In this document: positions 26,793 to 40,015 of the stretch, piece after piece
How the letters are laid out: the number at the start of each line of letters is the position of its first letter
How positions within the stretch are numbered: position 1 is the first letter of the stretch
From: Bilabrum cf. latius
Taxonomy: Eukaryota
Direction: 5' to 3'
DNA length: 64,000 nt
NCBI GenBank assembly: GCA_965178125.1
Contig: OZ237736.1
Coordinates: 1,426,001 to 1,490,000, forward strand
Notes under the pieces: model-generated
Seen by the model: only the letters and a program-made list of their open reading frames with translations
The model's database searches: none
What the model was told of the DNA's origin: nothing
Made by a program: the position numbers and the translations under genes

Positions 26793-28551
26793 ATGTACAA
26801 TAATATTGGACTGGCTACTGCACGCGGCAGTGGGACTAGTGGCTATGTGCAGCGTAATATGTCCTTTGTGAGAGCACAGGTTGCACGGCGGCGGCAGCAG
26901 GACACTGCGAATGCTGGCAAGAGAGAACACGAAAGAAAAGAGGCCCGCAAAGAGAGGGCCCCAAACAATGCGATTCTTATGCACAATCAGAAGCGACAAG
27001 TTGAACTCGAATTGATGCAACTGCGGGAGCGGCTGCAAAGTCAAGGGTAAGGAAATGGTTGCGGCTGGGTATTCATCGTTATTGCACTTGCGATAGTTCA
27101 ATACTTCCATCCTGTGGTATTATATAACTGTTCGCAGCGCTTCTGCGGATGCAATTGATGCTCGTGTGCAGGACGAGCGCGAACGACGGTATGCCGGTAT
27201 CGAACGTCAACTGGCGCCTAAATCGGCAGAACCTGCTCCGGGAGCTGCAGTTGAACCTGCTGATACCAGATCCGTGCAATAGGCAAGTGATTTACGTGAA
27301 GGATAGAAGCTAGAATCCTCTGTACCTGAAGATAGGGAACGAGACTTTCGGCGGGACCCCTACGGTAAGTCGGATGGCCCAAGGTCTCACACGGGCAGCT
27401 GGGCTCGAGGAGAGGGCGACCGCAAGTGGCAGCACAGTGCAGACTATCGAAGACACGAGCGGTGGGGTGGACGCGGTCGCGGGCACGGCCGCGACCGCAG
27501 CGTTCGGGATCGCGGGGGTAGAGGAGGAGGCGGGCCTCGCGACGACCACGACGAGGCAGACCGGAAGTAGGCACAGCTGGCGAGCTTCCGCAGGGGGCTT
27601 GGCATTCCGGATGCCGCGCGTCCAGGCGATGGGTTCGACGGAGAGGTGCAGGAGGAGCGGCAGAGGGCGAGGCGCAGGGAGCGCGAGGAGAGGAAGCGGG
27701 CGAGGAGGGAGAGGGAGAGGGAGAGGGAGAGGGAGAGGGAGGGTGAGCATGACAGGGATAGAGGCGCAGAGCGAGAGGGGAGCGGTGGCAGGGATGGAGA
27801 GGGAACAGAGTGGGGTGGGGACAAGGGGGTCAAGGGGAGTGACCGGTGGAGGCCGACGCGGGGAGCTGGCAGCAGGAGCAGGAGCAGGAGCGCATCACCA
27901 GGTGCACGTAGAGGTCGCAGTCAAGTTTCACGGTCTAGATCTAGATCCAGGTAGAGCTCAAGGTCTAGGTCAGTTTCAAGGTCTAGGTCTAGGTCTAGGT
28001 CTAGGTCAGGTGCCGGAAGAGGGGAATCTGGCAGGTCCAGTAGGCGTAGAGACAGGAGACGTGACCGCAGCCACAGGCGAAGGCACAGACGTAGGCATGG
28101 GCATTCGAGGAGGCATCGAAGGCGCCGCCACAGGTCTGGCTCGCGTTCGCCAAGTAGGAGCAGGAGTAGGAGTAGGAGCGGAGGCAGGCGCCCAGCCCTG
28201 GCTGAAGATGACGCACCGAGGGTGCAGCGACGCAGGTCGCCATCTCGATCTCAATCGCGGTCTCGCTCTCGCTCTCGCTCTCGCTCTCGGTCTGGAGGCA
28301 GGCGGCGGAGGTCCCGCTCGCCGTCTCGTTCCCGCTCAAGGAGTCGCGAGGAGGCTGGTGAGCAGAGTATCCGGCCCCGGCCCGACGCACCAAGCTTGCC
28401 AGTGGCGAAAGGCTAGCACGGTGCGGCGGCAGCAGTCCATGAGGAAGGGGAGGGGGTGGCAGTACCCGCCGTGCAAGAGGGCCGAATCGCTGGGGGTGAG
28501 CCTGCCAGTGAGGAGCAGGCAGCATCGCGGTTCGACAGCGACAGCGACTAA
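26793..28551 (+). CDS. CWC21: Pre-mRNA splicing factor Cwc21/SRRM2-like with RS tail (~555 aa)
   Basis: N-terminus MYNNIGLATARGSGTSGYVQRN and IL.HNQKRQVEL (cwf21 domain); intron 27047-27137; RS dipeptide tail. In-frame TAG at 27280, 27304, 27568, 27952 and 28414. Ends at TAA. Confidence 0.9.
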
Positions 28552-28714
28552 TCGCTTGAAAAGTGCCAAAGAATCAATACAATCACCCGCTGAGTGTTAA
28601 GTACAACTGATAATTTGGATCTGTCGCGCGTTGAGATTAGAGTTCCATGTATAAGGGCAGGGCAATTCTAGACACAACTCACTCCGCCTCGCCCGGCAGT
28701 ATGGCCGCCTGCTC

Positions 28715-30621
28715 TCACATGCCTCCCTGCCTCTACCTCGGGGCGCAACGGATGATGTCATCCACACGCAAGATCATCTCAGCGGCCTCTGCAGCGCTCA
28801 GCAGCACGTGCAGCTTGAGCTTGAGCGCCTCGCACACCCCCAGCTTCTCCATGTCGCCCACGCCGCCCTTGGCGATGTCGATCCCCGCCCGCATGTCTCC
28901 AGAGGCCTGCGCGGCCTTGACCCTACTCACCAGCTCGGCCCCGTCGAAGCCGGCGTTGTCCGCCACGATGGTGGGCAGCTGCCTGAGTGCCCTGGCGAAG
29001 GCCTCCATGGCCAGCTGCGCCTTGCCGGGAACCTTTGCCGCCTCCGCCTCCACGGCCCCCGCCATGAGCACCTCGGCGGAGCCTCCCCCGAAGGTGACCT
29101 TGGAGGTCTTGCAGGTCTGCTGCAGCACTGCGAGGGCGTCGTGGAGTGACCTCTCCGCCTCGTCGATCATGTGGTTGGAGGCGCCACGGAGCACGACGGT
29201 GCAGGCCTCGCCCTTCTTGACGCTGCCGAACCGGATGAGCCTGTCCTCGCCGATGATCATCTCGTCCACCGACGCGGCCGCGCCCAGCCGCGTGGACTCG
29301 GGGTGGTCAAAGGTGGACGCGATCTCGGACCCCGTCACCGCCGCCAGCCGCTCTACGCCGTCAAAGTCGGCGTGCTCCACCGCCAGCACCCCGGCCTCCG
29401 CGAACAGCTGCAAGGGATAGTCGTAGATGAGCTGCCTGTTGACGAACACGTTGATTCCGTGCGCGACGATCTTGTCGACCTTGGCCTTCATCTTGGCCCT
29501 CTCGGCCTCCTCGATGGCCGCCACCTTGGCCATCGAGTCCACGCGCACCTTGGACCCGAAGATCTTGATCTTGTCCGTGTCCATGGACGTGTTCGCTACC
29601 ATGATCTTGGCGTCCTTGATGCTCTTGGGCATGCCCGCGGGGAGCGTCTTGTCGAGGATGAAGCCGTCGGCCACGAAGGAGTCCTTGAGGGCACCCCCTG
29701 GCTTCTTGAGGACCTGGATGAGCTCCAGGCTGAGGCTGTCCTTCACGCGGAGGATCGAGTCAACGGCCAGCTGGGCAAAGTGCTCCTTGTCGTGGGTCAC
29801 CAGCTTGGAGGACAGCGTGGTCCTCGCGATGTTGGCCAGGTCGCGCTTGAAGGCCTCCTCGTCGGCGGAGTGGTCCACAGCGCTCGCCTCCAGGGCGGCG
29901 CGGGCCACGTCCACGGCCTTGCGCCAGCCGTCGATGATAGTCATGGGGTGCACTCGCGCTTCCACTAGCTTCTCGGCCTCTCGCAAGAGCTCGCCGCACA
30001 ACACCGTCACGCTGGTGGTGCCGTCGCCTACCTCGTCATCCTGGGTGCGAGCAATATCTACGAGAACCTTGGCGGCGGGGTTATCAACCACTACAGATTT
30101 CAGAATGGTAGCTCCATCGTTTGTTACAGTGATAGAATCCGATGACTGAGAGCCCCCTGACATCTGCGAGCGAGATTGGGCCTCGACAACGAAAAAGCTG
30201 AAATCCGTGCAATCCAAGCACCAGTGCAGGCTGAAAACTGCTGGCATACCCTCACGCTTTGCAAAATTTTGTCCATTCCTTTCGGTCCCAAAGTAGTCTT
30301 TACCAAGTCGGCAATCGCAATGGCACCCATAAACGAAGACATCCTAGCCGTCTCGCCCTTGTCTACCGTGGCTTGCTGCTTTAAAACACCCTGCAAAGAC
30401 ATTAAAGTAGAGAGCATACATTAAGGACTTGCCAAGAAACAATCCGCAGCGATTGTACAAGGATTTTGTGCCAACTGCAAGCAAGAGCCAATGTGGCCCA
30501 GGTTGAATTCAAGGAGGGAGCCACTGGCTTCTGGGCCATGTGCGCCAACCAGGACCGTTCTCCCACAAAATGAATAAAAATAAACGAAATCAAGCAAATG
30601 ACTCACTGCTGCTGCCGCCAT
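28715..30621 (-). CDS. CCT2: T-complex protein 1 subunit beta (~532 aa)
   Basis: [63 protein letters not shown]. Introns 30391-30606 and 30164-30255 (alternative donor 30249). C-terminus CAPR[Q]RQGGM then TGA, matching the family APRxR ending. Confidence 0.95.
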
Positions 30622-30773
30622 GTTGTGCGCTTGTGCAACGGTGCTGACACAAAGGCTGCGGCCGCAATCTCTTGCGGTGAGGCATCTCAGCTCGGCATCC
30701 GATCGACGAACCACGCCGAAGGTTCACATGCCCTGGGCTGGTGTTCCTTTTCCCGGCCCACGTTTTCTATAAT

Positions 30774-32139
30774 ATGCCGGGAAGCAAGCGACCAAGGGGC
30801 CATGCAAAGCGCCGGGAGAAACAAAAAGAACCTAAGCTAATTGAGGACGAGAAGAGAGTCCTGTGCTTTAGAATGAACAAGACCAGTGACGTCGGAGTTG
30901 CCTTTCTGCGTGATCTCGTGAGTTGCAGTGGGCAATGCTTTTGGGAAGCAACGTGGGCCAGCTGTACGGTGCACACATACAATCGATATGCTACTTCTTG
31001 TTATTCTGTGTGTCGCAGTCTAGGTTGAAAAAACCAGCCTCAGTCATGTTTTAGCGGCGCAACAACATTCTGCCATTCGAGGACCCGACTTCAGTTGAGT
31101 TCTTGTGCGAGAAGAACGATTGCGGTCTATTTGCATGCGTCTCCCACAACAAGAAGCGGCCAAACAATCTGATCCTAGGTCGAATACACGATGCCCACCT
31201 GCTTGACATGGTGGAGTTCGGTATCGACAACTACACTTCTTTGGATGACATGCCAGGCGACAAACCGGGCTATGCTCAAAGACCGATGATTGTGTTTCAG
31301 GGAGACTTGTTCTAGACTGATGTTTTCTTCAAGCGTTCCAAGTCCATGCTCGTGGGTGAGTCAAGGGCAGGCCAGCCGTCGACCAGTGCGTGCTTCGCGG
31401 GCTTGAGTGCGCTTCACGAATGGCTGTCTTGCTCCTGCTTTTCTCAACCATCGCAGATTTGTTCCGCGCGAAGGAATCCCCTTCAATCGTGCTGAACGGC
31501 CTGTCATGGCTCGTCAGCTGCACCGCCTCCGCCTCCCCTCCCACTCTGCACATCCGCTGCTTCGGCGTGCACCTCATGAAGTCAGGGTCAAAGGTGCCGA
31601 GGGTGGAGCTCAGTCCCCTGGGAATGTTCGCGGACCTTTCCCCGAGACGCACCCACCTGCCCTCCCCTGATTTGGACAAGCTTGCTCACCGGGTTCCTCA
31701 GCAGCTTCGCACCATGCGCAAGAAGAAGAAGAACATCGAGTATACCCCGGTGGGGGACCGCATGGGCCGCGTGCACATGCAGAGGCAGGACTTCTCCAGG
31801 CTAGAACTGAGGAAAATGAAGGCTTCCAAGGGGGGATTCGTCATGGACGGTGAGGATGAGGATGAGGATGATGATGATGAGCACAGTGAGGGAATGGCGG
31901 CGACCGGGGGCGCGGCTGCAGCGAGCGATTCAGAGGACAGCGACGAGGACGAGGACGAGGACAGTGATGAAGACAGCGAAGGGGTAGATCGGGGTGATGC
32001 CAGCAGTGCAGGGAGGAAGGCAGCTGCGAGCGGCGCCGGGGCAGACGAGCCCAGCGGGTCCTCGGTTGCTGCTGCGGTCGGAAAGGGAAGGGGAAGGAAG
32101 AGGAAGAGGGGGGCATCGTCTGATGGCGATGAGAGATAA
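30774..32139 (+). CDS. RPF2: Ribosome production factor 2 (Brix domain), acidic tail (~387 aa)
   Basis: EPKLIE, LKKP, NNILPFED, SHNKKRPNNLILGR, LDMVEFGI, PRVEL, GRVHMQRQD. Introns 30918-31018 and 31356-31456. In-frame TAG at 31052 and 31313 inside the Brix domain. Ends at TAA. Confidence 0.93.
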
Positions 32140-32580
32140 CCAACAGAAAATAGCATACGTTTAACAGAGTATTGACACAGAAGGCACCACAGGGAGCCAG
32201 CCGGCCAGTCCATCGCTGGTGCTGCAGAGTAACGTGCAGTTAGCAGACCACATTCGACGCGAACCAACATCCGCTGAAGTCGTGCCGATCAGACTGCTGC
32301 CATCAGAGTGCGTTGGTGCCGGATTGTGACAAAAGCTGCGATAACTAGCCTCACATACCAACCATCAATCGTACGGCTATCTTACTTTACCTCAACACTC
32401 GAGTAAGAATGATTTATGAGGTTGCATTTTGCTGCGCACGTGCCGTGAGCAGCTTGCTCGGAGAGTATTTGCGATTCTTGCCACCGTGCGAGGCGTTTGA
32501 AGCGAGGAAACCATGCATTACATTTCTTATATTGATTTATGGGGTGCTGGGCCCACTTCAGGCCGGGTGTCTCCGTCGTG

Positions 32581-34145
32581 ATGGCAACTGCGTGGTATGT
32601 GAAGTGATCTGGCTCACGCCCTTACGAACTACCTATGCGCATATTCTAGTCTATTTCTTACTGCAGGATGTCTCGCATGCAAGAGGGTAAGCTTATACAA
32701 TACGTTTCTCCACATTTAAGTCCACTTTGGGCGCACTGATGGGCTGTAACGACCTTTCCGGATGTGATTAAGTCAGGCCCCATCAACAATCGTTCACCTC
32801 TCGCAGGAGATCGCCTTCGCTACGACGCGCGATCAAAAACGTATAGATTGTCAGAAGTGGTGGATATCATCGCTTTTGCAGATCCCGGGCAGCAAGCAAG
32901 CGATCTGTAGCGAAGAAACGTTGTCGCAACTCTGAGGTCCAAGCCGAGATTTCAGCCACCTGATGGGGCGACCGTTCTGCGAGAATGGCGCAATGTCAAG
33001 GTCAGTGTTGTAGTCTCGTAGTCTCAGTTAGAGCATGATAGACATTGCGAAGAAAGGCTGCGGAGCGAACTGAAGTTGCTCGAGAAATCGTACCTGAGGC
33101 AATTCCTGAACGAATCAAGGGGAATCGGCAGCTAGCGGAGTGGACTGGGCGGTATGCAGCCTCGCCTTGTTCCACCTCGGCTTCCAGAATATCCAGTGGA
33201 CGGGCTAATGCGGATCCCAGCAGACGATGTGGGTCGAGCGCAGTCCGCAACTCAACACAACGCGACAGATGGCCCAGCTCTGGGTACAATCCCCACAGCA
33301 GATCAGATTAGGCGAGCCGTTCTGGCGCGTGAAGCCCGGTCTAGAGCCACAGCAGAAGAATAGAGGCACGTGGCAATCCGAGCAGCAATGAATAGCTCCT
33401 CAGGTGGTGCCCCTGCGATACAGATGGGAGGTCTTGCGCCGCCGTCTCTCCCTGGCCCACCCCGCGTTGATGCAAACGGCAAGAGCAGCGGCACAGGGCG
33501 CAGAATCATGCAAGGTAGCCCCCATGATACAAAACAGTGGGCTAATGGGGGCGTGGACACGCAGGCAGCTGGTGGCGCGGCAGGGGGGCTCAGGGCAGGC
33601 AGCTCGTCTGCCAGCATCGAATCCTCCTCGGGTGGACATGGACATGGCTAGTCAACTTTACCGAGCCAGCGCCAGCACGGCACGACTCTAGAATGGGCCC
33701 CACAGGGTGCTGCTGGTCCCCAACCCCATGTGCGGCAAGCCTCCCCGGCAGTGACCGTGGCTGCTGGGAGGGGTTCGTACTGGCAGGGGCAGGGCAACGG
33801 CATCGCTCGCCCACCGCAATTCATGAATGGTGCGGTTGCGGCGGGCCCGCGCGTGGGCCCGTCGACATTCGCAATGCTGGGTCAGGGACTGGCGCTGCGA
33901 CCCGGCGGTGAGGGTGGGGGCGGGGGAACAGTCGGACTGGGATTGGGCGGTGGCGGCGCCTCGCTGTCAAAGGCTGGTCCGGTGATGATTTCAAGCGGAG
34001 CACCTGCGGTCCAGGGGGTCCCGTTTGGGGGCAGCAGCGTCAGCAGCGGTTCCCTTCCTGGCGGCATGCGCTTGCAGCCGCAGGGGGTCGTGGTGACACA
34101 GGCGCAGCGCGGTCCATAGTTCGGCATTCCGCCTGGCAGCATGGA

Positions 34146-34179
<34 letters not shown>

Positions 34180-37100
34180 GACATGGGCATGGGCATGGGT
34201 CCGCAACGAGGTCAATTTGGTGCGATGGGCGCGGCGCCAATGAGCATGACGCCTACGATGGGCATTCTCTCGCAGCCCGAACCGCGATGGCTCGGCCCCG
34301 TACCTGGCGTCCCGGGGCAGAGCTTGGCAGGTAAGCCGCAGGCCAATATGACCGGCCCATCGTTTGTGCCCGGCAGGGTCCCAGGGTCCATGCCAGCGCC
34401 TGCGTACGCATCGTCATCGTCCTCCTCTTACGGGGCAGTCGGAGAGCCGCATCATGGCCAGGGCACCAAGGGGAGCATGCCCTCTGCCGGCAAGGAACAG
34501 CCAGTGGATCACGGCCAGATCATTGCGCAGGTCGCAGAGCTAGCCGGCGTGCTGGCAGACGAGACCACTGCGAAGCGCAACAAGTCCCGCACCACGGGGA
34601 CGAGAGGGCTACCCCCGCACGCCAACGACCTGCTCCGCAACTGGCTCTTCCACAAGGACAACATCCTGCGGCCGTACCCCACCCCTGCGCAGAAGATTGA
34701 CCTGGCCAAAAGGGCCTCCATCTCAAGGAAGCAAGTCGACACGTGGTTCGTCAACGCCAGGAAGAGGCTGTGGACGCCCACCATCCGGCAGCTCCTGCTC
34801 ACGGGCGAGGTCCCACCAGGCGCGCAGAAGGCTTTCTGCGCCGCGGCAGGGGTGCCCCCTGAGGAGCTGCAGAAAGCAGGCGTGTCCGTGTCTGGTGCGT
34901 TTCCGTCCTTGATGCGCCCGGCGATGGGGGCGCCCGTCCAGCGGCCCAGAGCAAGGAGCTCGTCGTCGGCAGGCACGGGACCTTCGACTGCACAGCAGTA
35001 GCAGCAGCAGGCACAACCGCAGCACCCGGGCCAGCTCGGCGGTGCGCGGCAAGCGCTGGCCAACGCGCTGTCTCAGGTTAACAGCGCGATGGCGGGACCT
35101 CCACCCGGTGCTGCCGGCGACGAAGGGGCAATGGGACAGCTGCGGGCAGCAGCAGCCCAGGCTAGCAGGCGGGAGCGTGACTAGGAGATGAGAAGGAGAG
35201 AGGCAGAGCGCACAGTGAACCGGCAGGGCGGGGCCCATCATCCCGGCTTCCACCCTTTCGGCGCGGAGGCCTCACATGGTGGGGGACAGGGGCACGCCCG
35301 CAGCGGCATAGACTCTCTGCTCCTCCTCGTGGACACCGCCACCAACAGCACTAGCAACAACATGTCAGCCAGCACCAGCTCCAACGCCTAGGCCACGGGA
35401 TCTGCGGCCAAGGACTCGAGCGTCACCGCGTCCACGGACCCGCCAAGGTCAAAGTTCGGTGAAAGCTCGGGTGCGATTGGAGCCGGGATCACCGTGGGGC
35501 CCCGTTCCTCGGGGATGGTTGGGCCTGGCAGCAGCAGCAGTAGCGGCGGCGGCGGCGGGGCTAGCGGCCGTGGCAGCGGCTCACTGCCCGCTGATCTCGC
35601 TGCCACGGAGGTGACTCGCCGCAGCACGGAGTCCGGTGGGTCGTCGGAGAAAGCTGAGAGGAACGGAAGCGGGGATGCGCAGGGCCCAGGGAACAAGGGA
35701 AGGCATCACGATTCGAAGGGCGGCCAGACCAGCGTGCCTGGCCACGGACACCACAGCCACGGGATTGCCCTGCGAGCGGGAGACAAGGAACTTCCGCGGC
35801 CCCCCCACCACGGCTCTTCTTCCTCGTCCTCGTCCTCGTCCGGCGGGGACGGCTCCGGGCTGGGAGGCAAGTCGGACGCTGCCACAGGCAAGAGCTCTAA
35901 CTCGGGGTCCGGCGGGGGCAGCATGGACGGGACGGCACGGTCAACTCGGACAGGCGGATCCGACTCGCAGTCGGGCGGGGTGTCGGGCGGCGGGTCTGGG
36001 TCTGGATCTGGTGGCAACTCTCACCAAGGGTCAGGGTCAGGGTCAGGGTCAGGGTCAGGCGGCGGGGAGGGCGGCAGCGCCGGGTACCCCCAGCTGACGT
36101 CGTCCTCCGGCAGCGGCTCGGACAGCCTGCCCCATGCCTCGCAACACACGGTGCAGGCCCAGCTCCAGATGCCCCAGGCCAGCGCGAGCTGGCAAGGTCT
36201 CCCTCAGGGTCAGGGACAGGGACAAGGACAGGCGCCCACGTCTTTGCAGGAGGCCGAGCAAGACCTGCTGACCCGCACTAGGCACGCCGCAGAGACGATC
36301 CAGCTGCTCGAGGCGCAGCTGGCCACCCTCCGGAGGGCTCTGTCTCCTGCCATGCAGATGGTGGCTCAGACGGCACAGAGCGGGGCTGCGGTGGCGGCCT
36401 CTCGCGTCTCTTAGCAGCAGGGCGGCATGCCTCCGCTGCCGTCCCAGGTACCGGGGGATGCTGCCATGGCTGCCACAACGCAGGGGTTCGTCAACAGGGC
36501 TTCGGGGTCGGGGTCGGGGTCGGGGCCGGGGTCGGGGTCAGCATCATCCGCGCGTGCGGCGGAGCAGCAGCTGGCAGATGCGGAGCAGCAGGCGGCAGCC
36601 ACGTCGGCCTGGCTGGCCGGGTAGCCCGCCCTGTTCAGCTCCTCAGCTGCGCCCAGGGACGCCTCGGAGATCGCCGGGACGCAGTGGGCCGCGCTGCAGC
36701 GGCTGGCCAAGCAGCGGGGCACGACGTCTGATGCTGGCGCGGGCGCGAGGAATGACCCCATTGCGGGGAGGTACCCGCAGCCACCCAAGCGGCTCAGGGC
36801 CAGGGGTTAGCTGGACCTGCCCCCCGGCGAGTACGAGCAGCTCAGGCGGCACTATGTGAACCTAGTCGCTGCGACGGCCGGCTCCAGCGTGCAGACTTGG
36901 ACCACAGGGCGTTCCGGCTCCGAGTCGGGGCGCACCGGCAGGGAACACAGCAACGGGCGCAGGCACTCACATTCGCGAAACAGGCCAGTGGGGGTGCGGA
37001 GTCCACAATCGTCACACGCGTCTGCCCTTGGTGACGGGTCTAGGAGCGCGAAGACGGAGGGCGGGCACAGCACCGGGAGCACCCGCCAGCAGCCCGCCTC

Positions 37101-38148
37101 CTCTGGAGACAGCCGGAGCGGGGCCGGCAGCGGGGGCGGCAGCGGCGGCAGTGGCAATGGCTCCGGGAACGGCACCAGCAGCGGGGACAACAGGCCGCGC
37201 TCGCCCGGCAAGCTGCTGTACCACCGCCACTCCAAATCCAAGTCGAAAGGCCGCAAGAAGGGCAAGAAAGGCTTGGGCCTAGACACTGGAAATGCAGCAG
37301 ACCAGTCCTCCGTGGCCGAGTTCAGCAGCTCCTCCATGTCATCGCATGATAGCCTGACCCAGCAAGAGGAGGGCTCGCCGGGACAGGGATAGGACGGGGC
37401 CAAGCCCAAAGAGGACCAGGGCCAGGGCCAGGGCTAGACCGGCTCGTCCGGGCACGGGGGGCAGGGGCAGGGGCAGGGCAGGAGGGCCAGCAGGGACGAG
37501 GAAATGAACGTGGGCCTTCACATGCTGCAGCGAGGTAAGGGGGACAGGGAGGGGGAGGGTGAGGGGGAGAGAGGCCGCAGCCGCAACCGCCGGGCGGGAC
37601 TGGCAGGCGCCGAGGACGGCAACTGCCTGCTCGAGGTAGACGTGGACACGGACTCGTCCGTGTCGCACCCGGGTGGTACCTCCAGGCGAGGCGGTGGGCG
37701 GGGTGCCGCGTCCCGTAGTGGCAAGGAGGGCGGCTCGGCGATGCCAAGGAGGGCGGCTCGAGGCAGGAGTGGGTCGCAAGACGGCAGTGGGGGTGGCGGG
37801 GGTCCGGGTGCCAAGGCATCTGCGGATCTGCGCGGGCACACTCACGGGGACGAAGGAAGCATGGGTGCGGCTCGGCCCGGGAAGAAGCGCCGGCGGTCCG
37901 TGGCCTCGGAAGGCGATGCTGTCAGACAGGCCAAGCGCACCCGAACCAGCCCAGCGGCACCCCAGGCGAAGGCTGCGGCGGTGCATGGCATCGCCAGCGA
38001 CGGGGCCGATAGCAGCTCGTCTGGAAACCGCGCAGATAGCGAGTGCAGCGACAACGAGGGGCACGGTGAGGACTGCGCGGGCGAGCGGGATCCCGCTTCT
38101 GTAGGAGAGCAGGACGGAGAGCAGCCACTGGGGGCTGGAGCAAACTAA
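32581..38148 (+). CDS. TALE-class homeodomain transcription factor in a long low-complexity protein (~1790 aa)
   Basis: Homeodomain LPPHANDLLRNWLFHKDNILRPYPTPAQKIDLA...QVDTWFVNARKRLW at ~34600-34775. One frame from 32807 to TAA 38146-38148 with 14 in-frame TAG. The small 5' exons (introns 32595-32666 and 32687-32806) and the start are tentative. Confidence 0.8.
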
Positions 38149-38235
38149 TGATAGCTTTTGCGCATTACGACGCTACTTTATTCAAAGCAGACAACTAAGA
38201 GCAATGCCTGAAAGACTGCATCTGTAGGACACGCA

Positions 38236-39861
38236 TCACAGGCTCTGCTGGCCTCGCCAGGCAGGGTGCTCCAGCGCACCCAAAGCACTCGCCCTGCAGC
38301 TGGGACCCCACGCCATCATGCTAGCCAGGCAGTCGCTTACGTCGGCTGGCACACCGCGGCGCGACAGATACTACACCAGCAGAGAAGCTGGGCGAGCGGC
38401 GACCACGTGGCTGCTTGCAGCCGCACCAGATTGGGCTGATGCCATTGATGATGAAGAGGCGGAGGAAGGCAACCGGTGCCCGCTGGAGCTAGTGGGCCGT
38501 CCTGGCATGCGTTCGCTCTGATGAGAGCAGCCCGCAGCATCAAAGAAAGCTTGGGCAGCGTCCGCAAGGCCGCCATCCAGCATTCGAAGCAGCTCCTCCT
38601 ACTCCGGTGGGGTTGGCACTCCTAGCAACGTAGCCCTCGCCAGCAGCTGTACTGCATCTCCTGTGAGCTCATCTGGTTCCGCAACGGGCCCACCAAGCGT
38701 TGCTTTGCGTTCGCGGAGCAGCGGCTCACCCAGCCACAGCTCCGCAAGTACAGCAGCAAGGCTAAAAACATCGGCCTTCAGGCCATACGCAGTCGAGCCA
38801 AGCAACAACTCTGGGGCGCGATACTGCCTATGGGCTATGAAGCAACAGTGTGGCCCAGCGCCAGGTCCCTTCTTGTTGCTTCCACCCACTGCTTTGGCAG
38901 TGCCCAGGTCTGCCAAGATCACTCGCGGGGCGTACTGCGGGCGGTCCTCGGAGCCCACATTAACGACGTCAACCAAAATGTTATTTGTTTTGATGTCTCT
39001 GTGACACACTCCCGTTGAATGCATCGTAGCAACAGCAGCGATGGCCTGTGCCGCGACTGCTCGTTTCCCGTGCTCGGTTCCCAACGTTGACACTAGGACG
39101 CTGGACGCATGAAGGGCTGGCCCATGCGTGCAAGCTAGAACCTGCCGCAAATCTGCTGTTAGAACCGCTCGTGAGCTTTTGCCAGTGTCGCAATCAGCCT
39201 GCTGGCCAAGCCTTGATGCCCTGCGCCTCGACCGTTTGCCTGTTGACGGCCGGGCGGCGGACGCTGGCGGCTTCTTGACAACAGCGAGGGACGCTTGCTC
39301 TCGTCTGACTAGATCGAGTGCATCTGATAGACTACAGTGGAGCTTTGGTGTCATCATGTGGACTGCGACTCGTGCTTTCCTGCCCATCAGGTCTGTGTAT
39401 TGGCTCCCGGTTGCTGTCGAACGGGATGAGCATGCAGCCACCGCTGGAGTCGATCCAGAGGGGATCTCGGTTGCAAATGGCCGGAAATTGATCTCAACAG
39501 TACTTCCTGGCAGCTGAGCGCCATAGAGTAGCGCGTCAGCTTCGCGCGCAGCAGATTTAGTCTCCCAGCAGTCTTTCAGCTCGTGACAGCGAATGGTCGT
39601 GTCCAGCAAGATTGACTTGAGCGCCACGCTGCGAGATTTCCCAACATAAACACTTGACGCAGCGGCAAGCTTCGAGCTAAGGCACGACAGATCAAGTCCA
39701 GGGTATGCTTCAGACAATCGTTTAGCCGAATCCATGGTTCTGCTCATCTGCTTCTACATCTCGGTCTCTGTGCTGAGCTCCTCTGCGATAGAAGCATCCA
39801 AAACGATGCCAAATGTCCCACTGCCGAGAACAGTACCAGTCTACACTCTTGCCTTCGGCAT
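38236..39861 (-). CDS. Divergent CMGC-type Ser/Thr protein kinase (~541 aa)
   Basis: LGSGTFGIV (upstream of TAG 39754), VALKSI, CHRDIKTNNILV, LADLGTAK, YRAPELLLGSTAYG..DVFS. Subdomain XI-like MMAWGPSCRASALGALEHPAW follows TAGs at 38599 and 38371; another TAG at 39841. Ends at TGA. Confidence 0.85.
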
Positions 39862-40015
39862 ACTCCTTCAAAATTTAGCAGTGAACGAATTCCGTGGTGA
39901 AGCGAGCACATTCATTTTGACGTCGCAAGCTCCGGTCGCAACTAGTTGGGCTGCAAAAGCTGCGATTCTCGCATACTTGCTGGATCAAGTTGGCCGCGTT
40001 CGATTCGGGCTCAAA

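Noticed and set aside
27374-28600. 408-aa ORF in the supplied track as the CWC21 C-terminus
   Set aside because: Splicing phase and RS content show the true frame is the TAG-interrupted one ending at TAA 28549-28551.
38146-38154. TAA TGA TAG tandem stops after the homeobox gene
   Set aside because: A single instance, and the TAG lies after the real stop, so it says nothing about the code.
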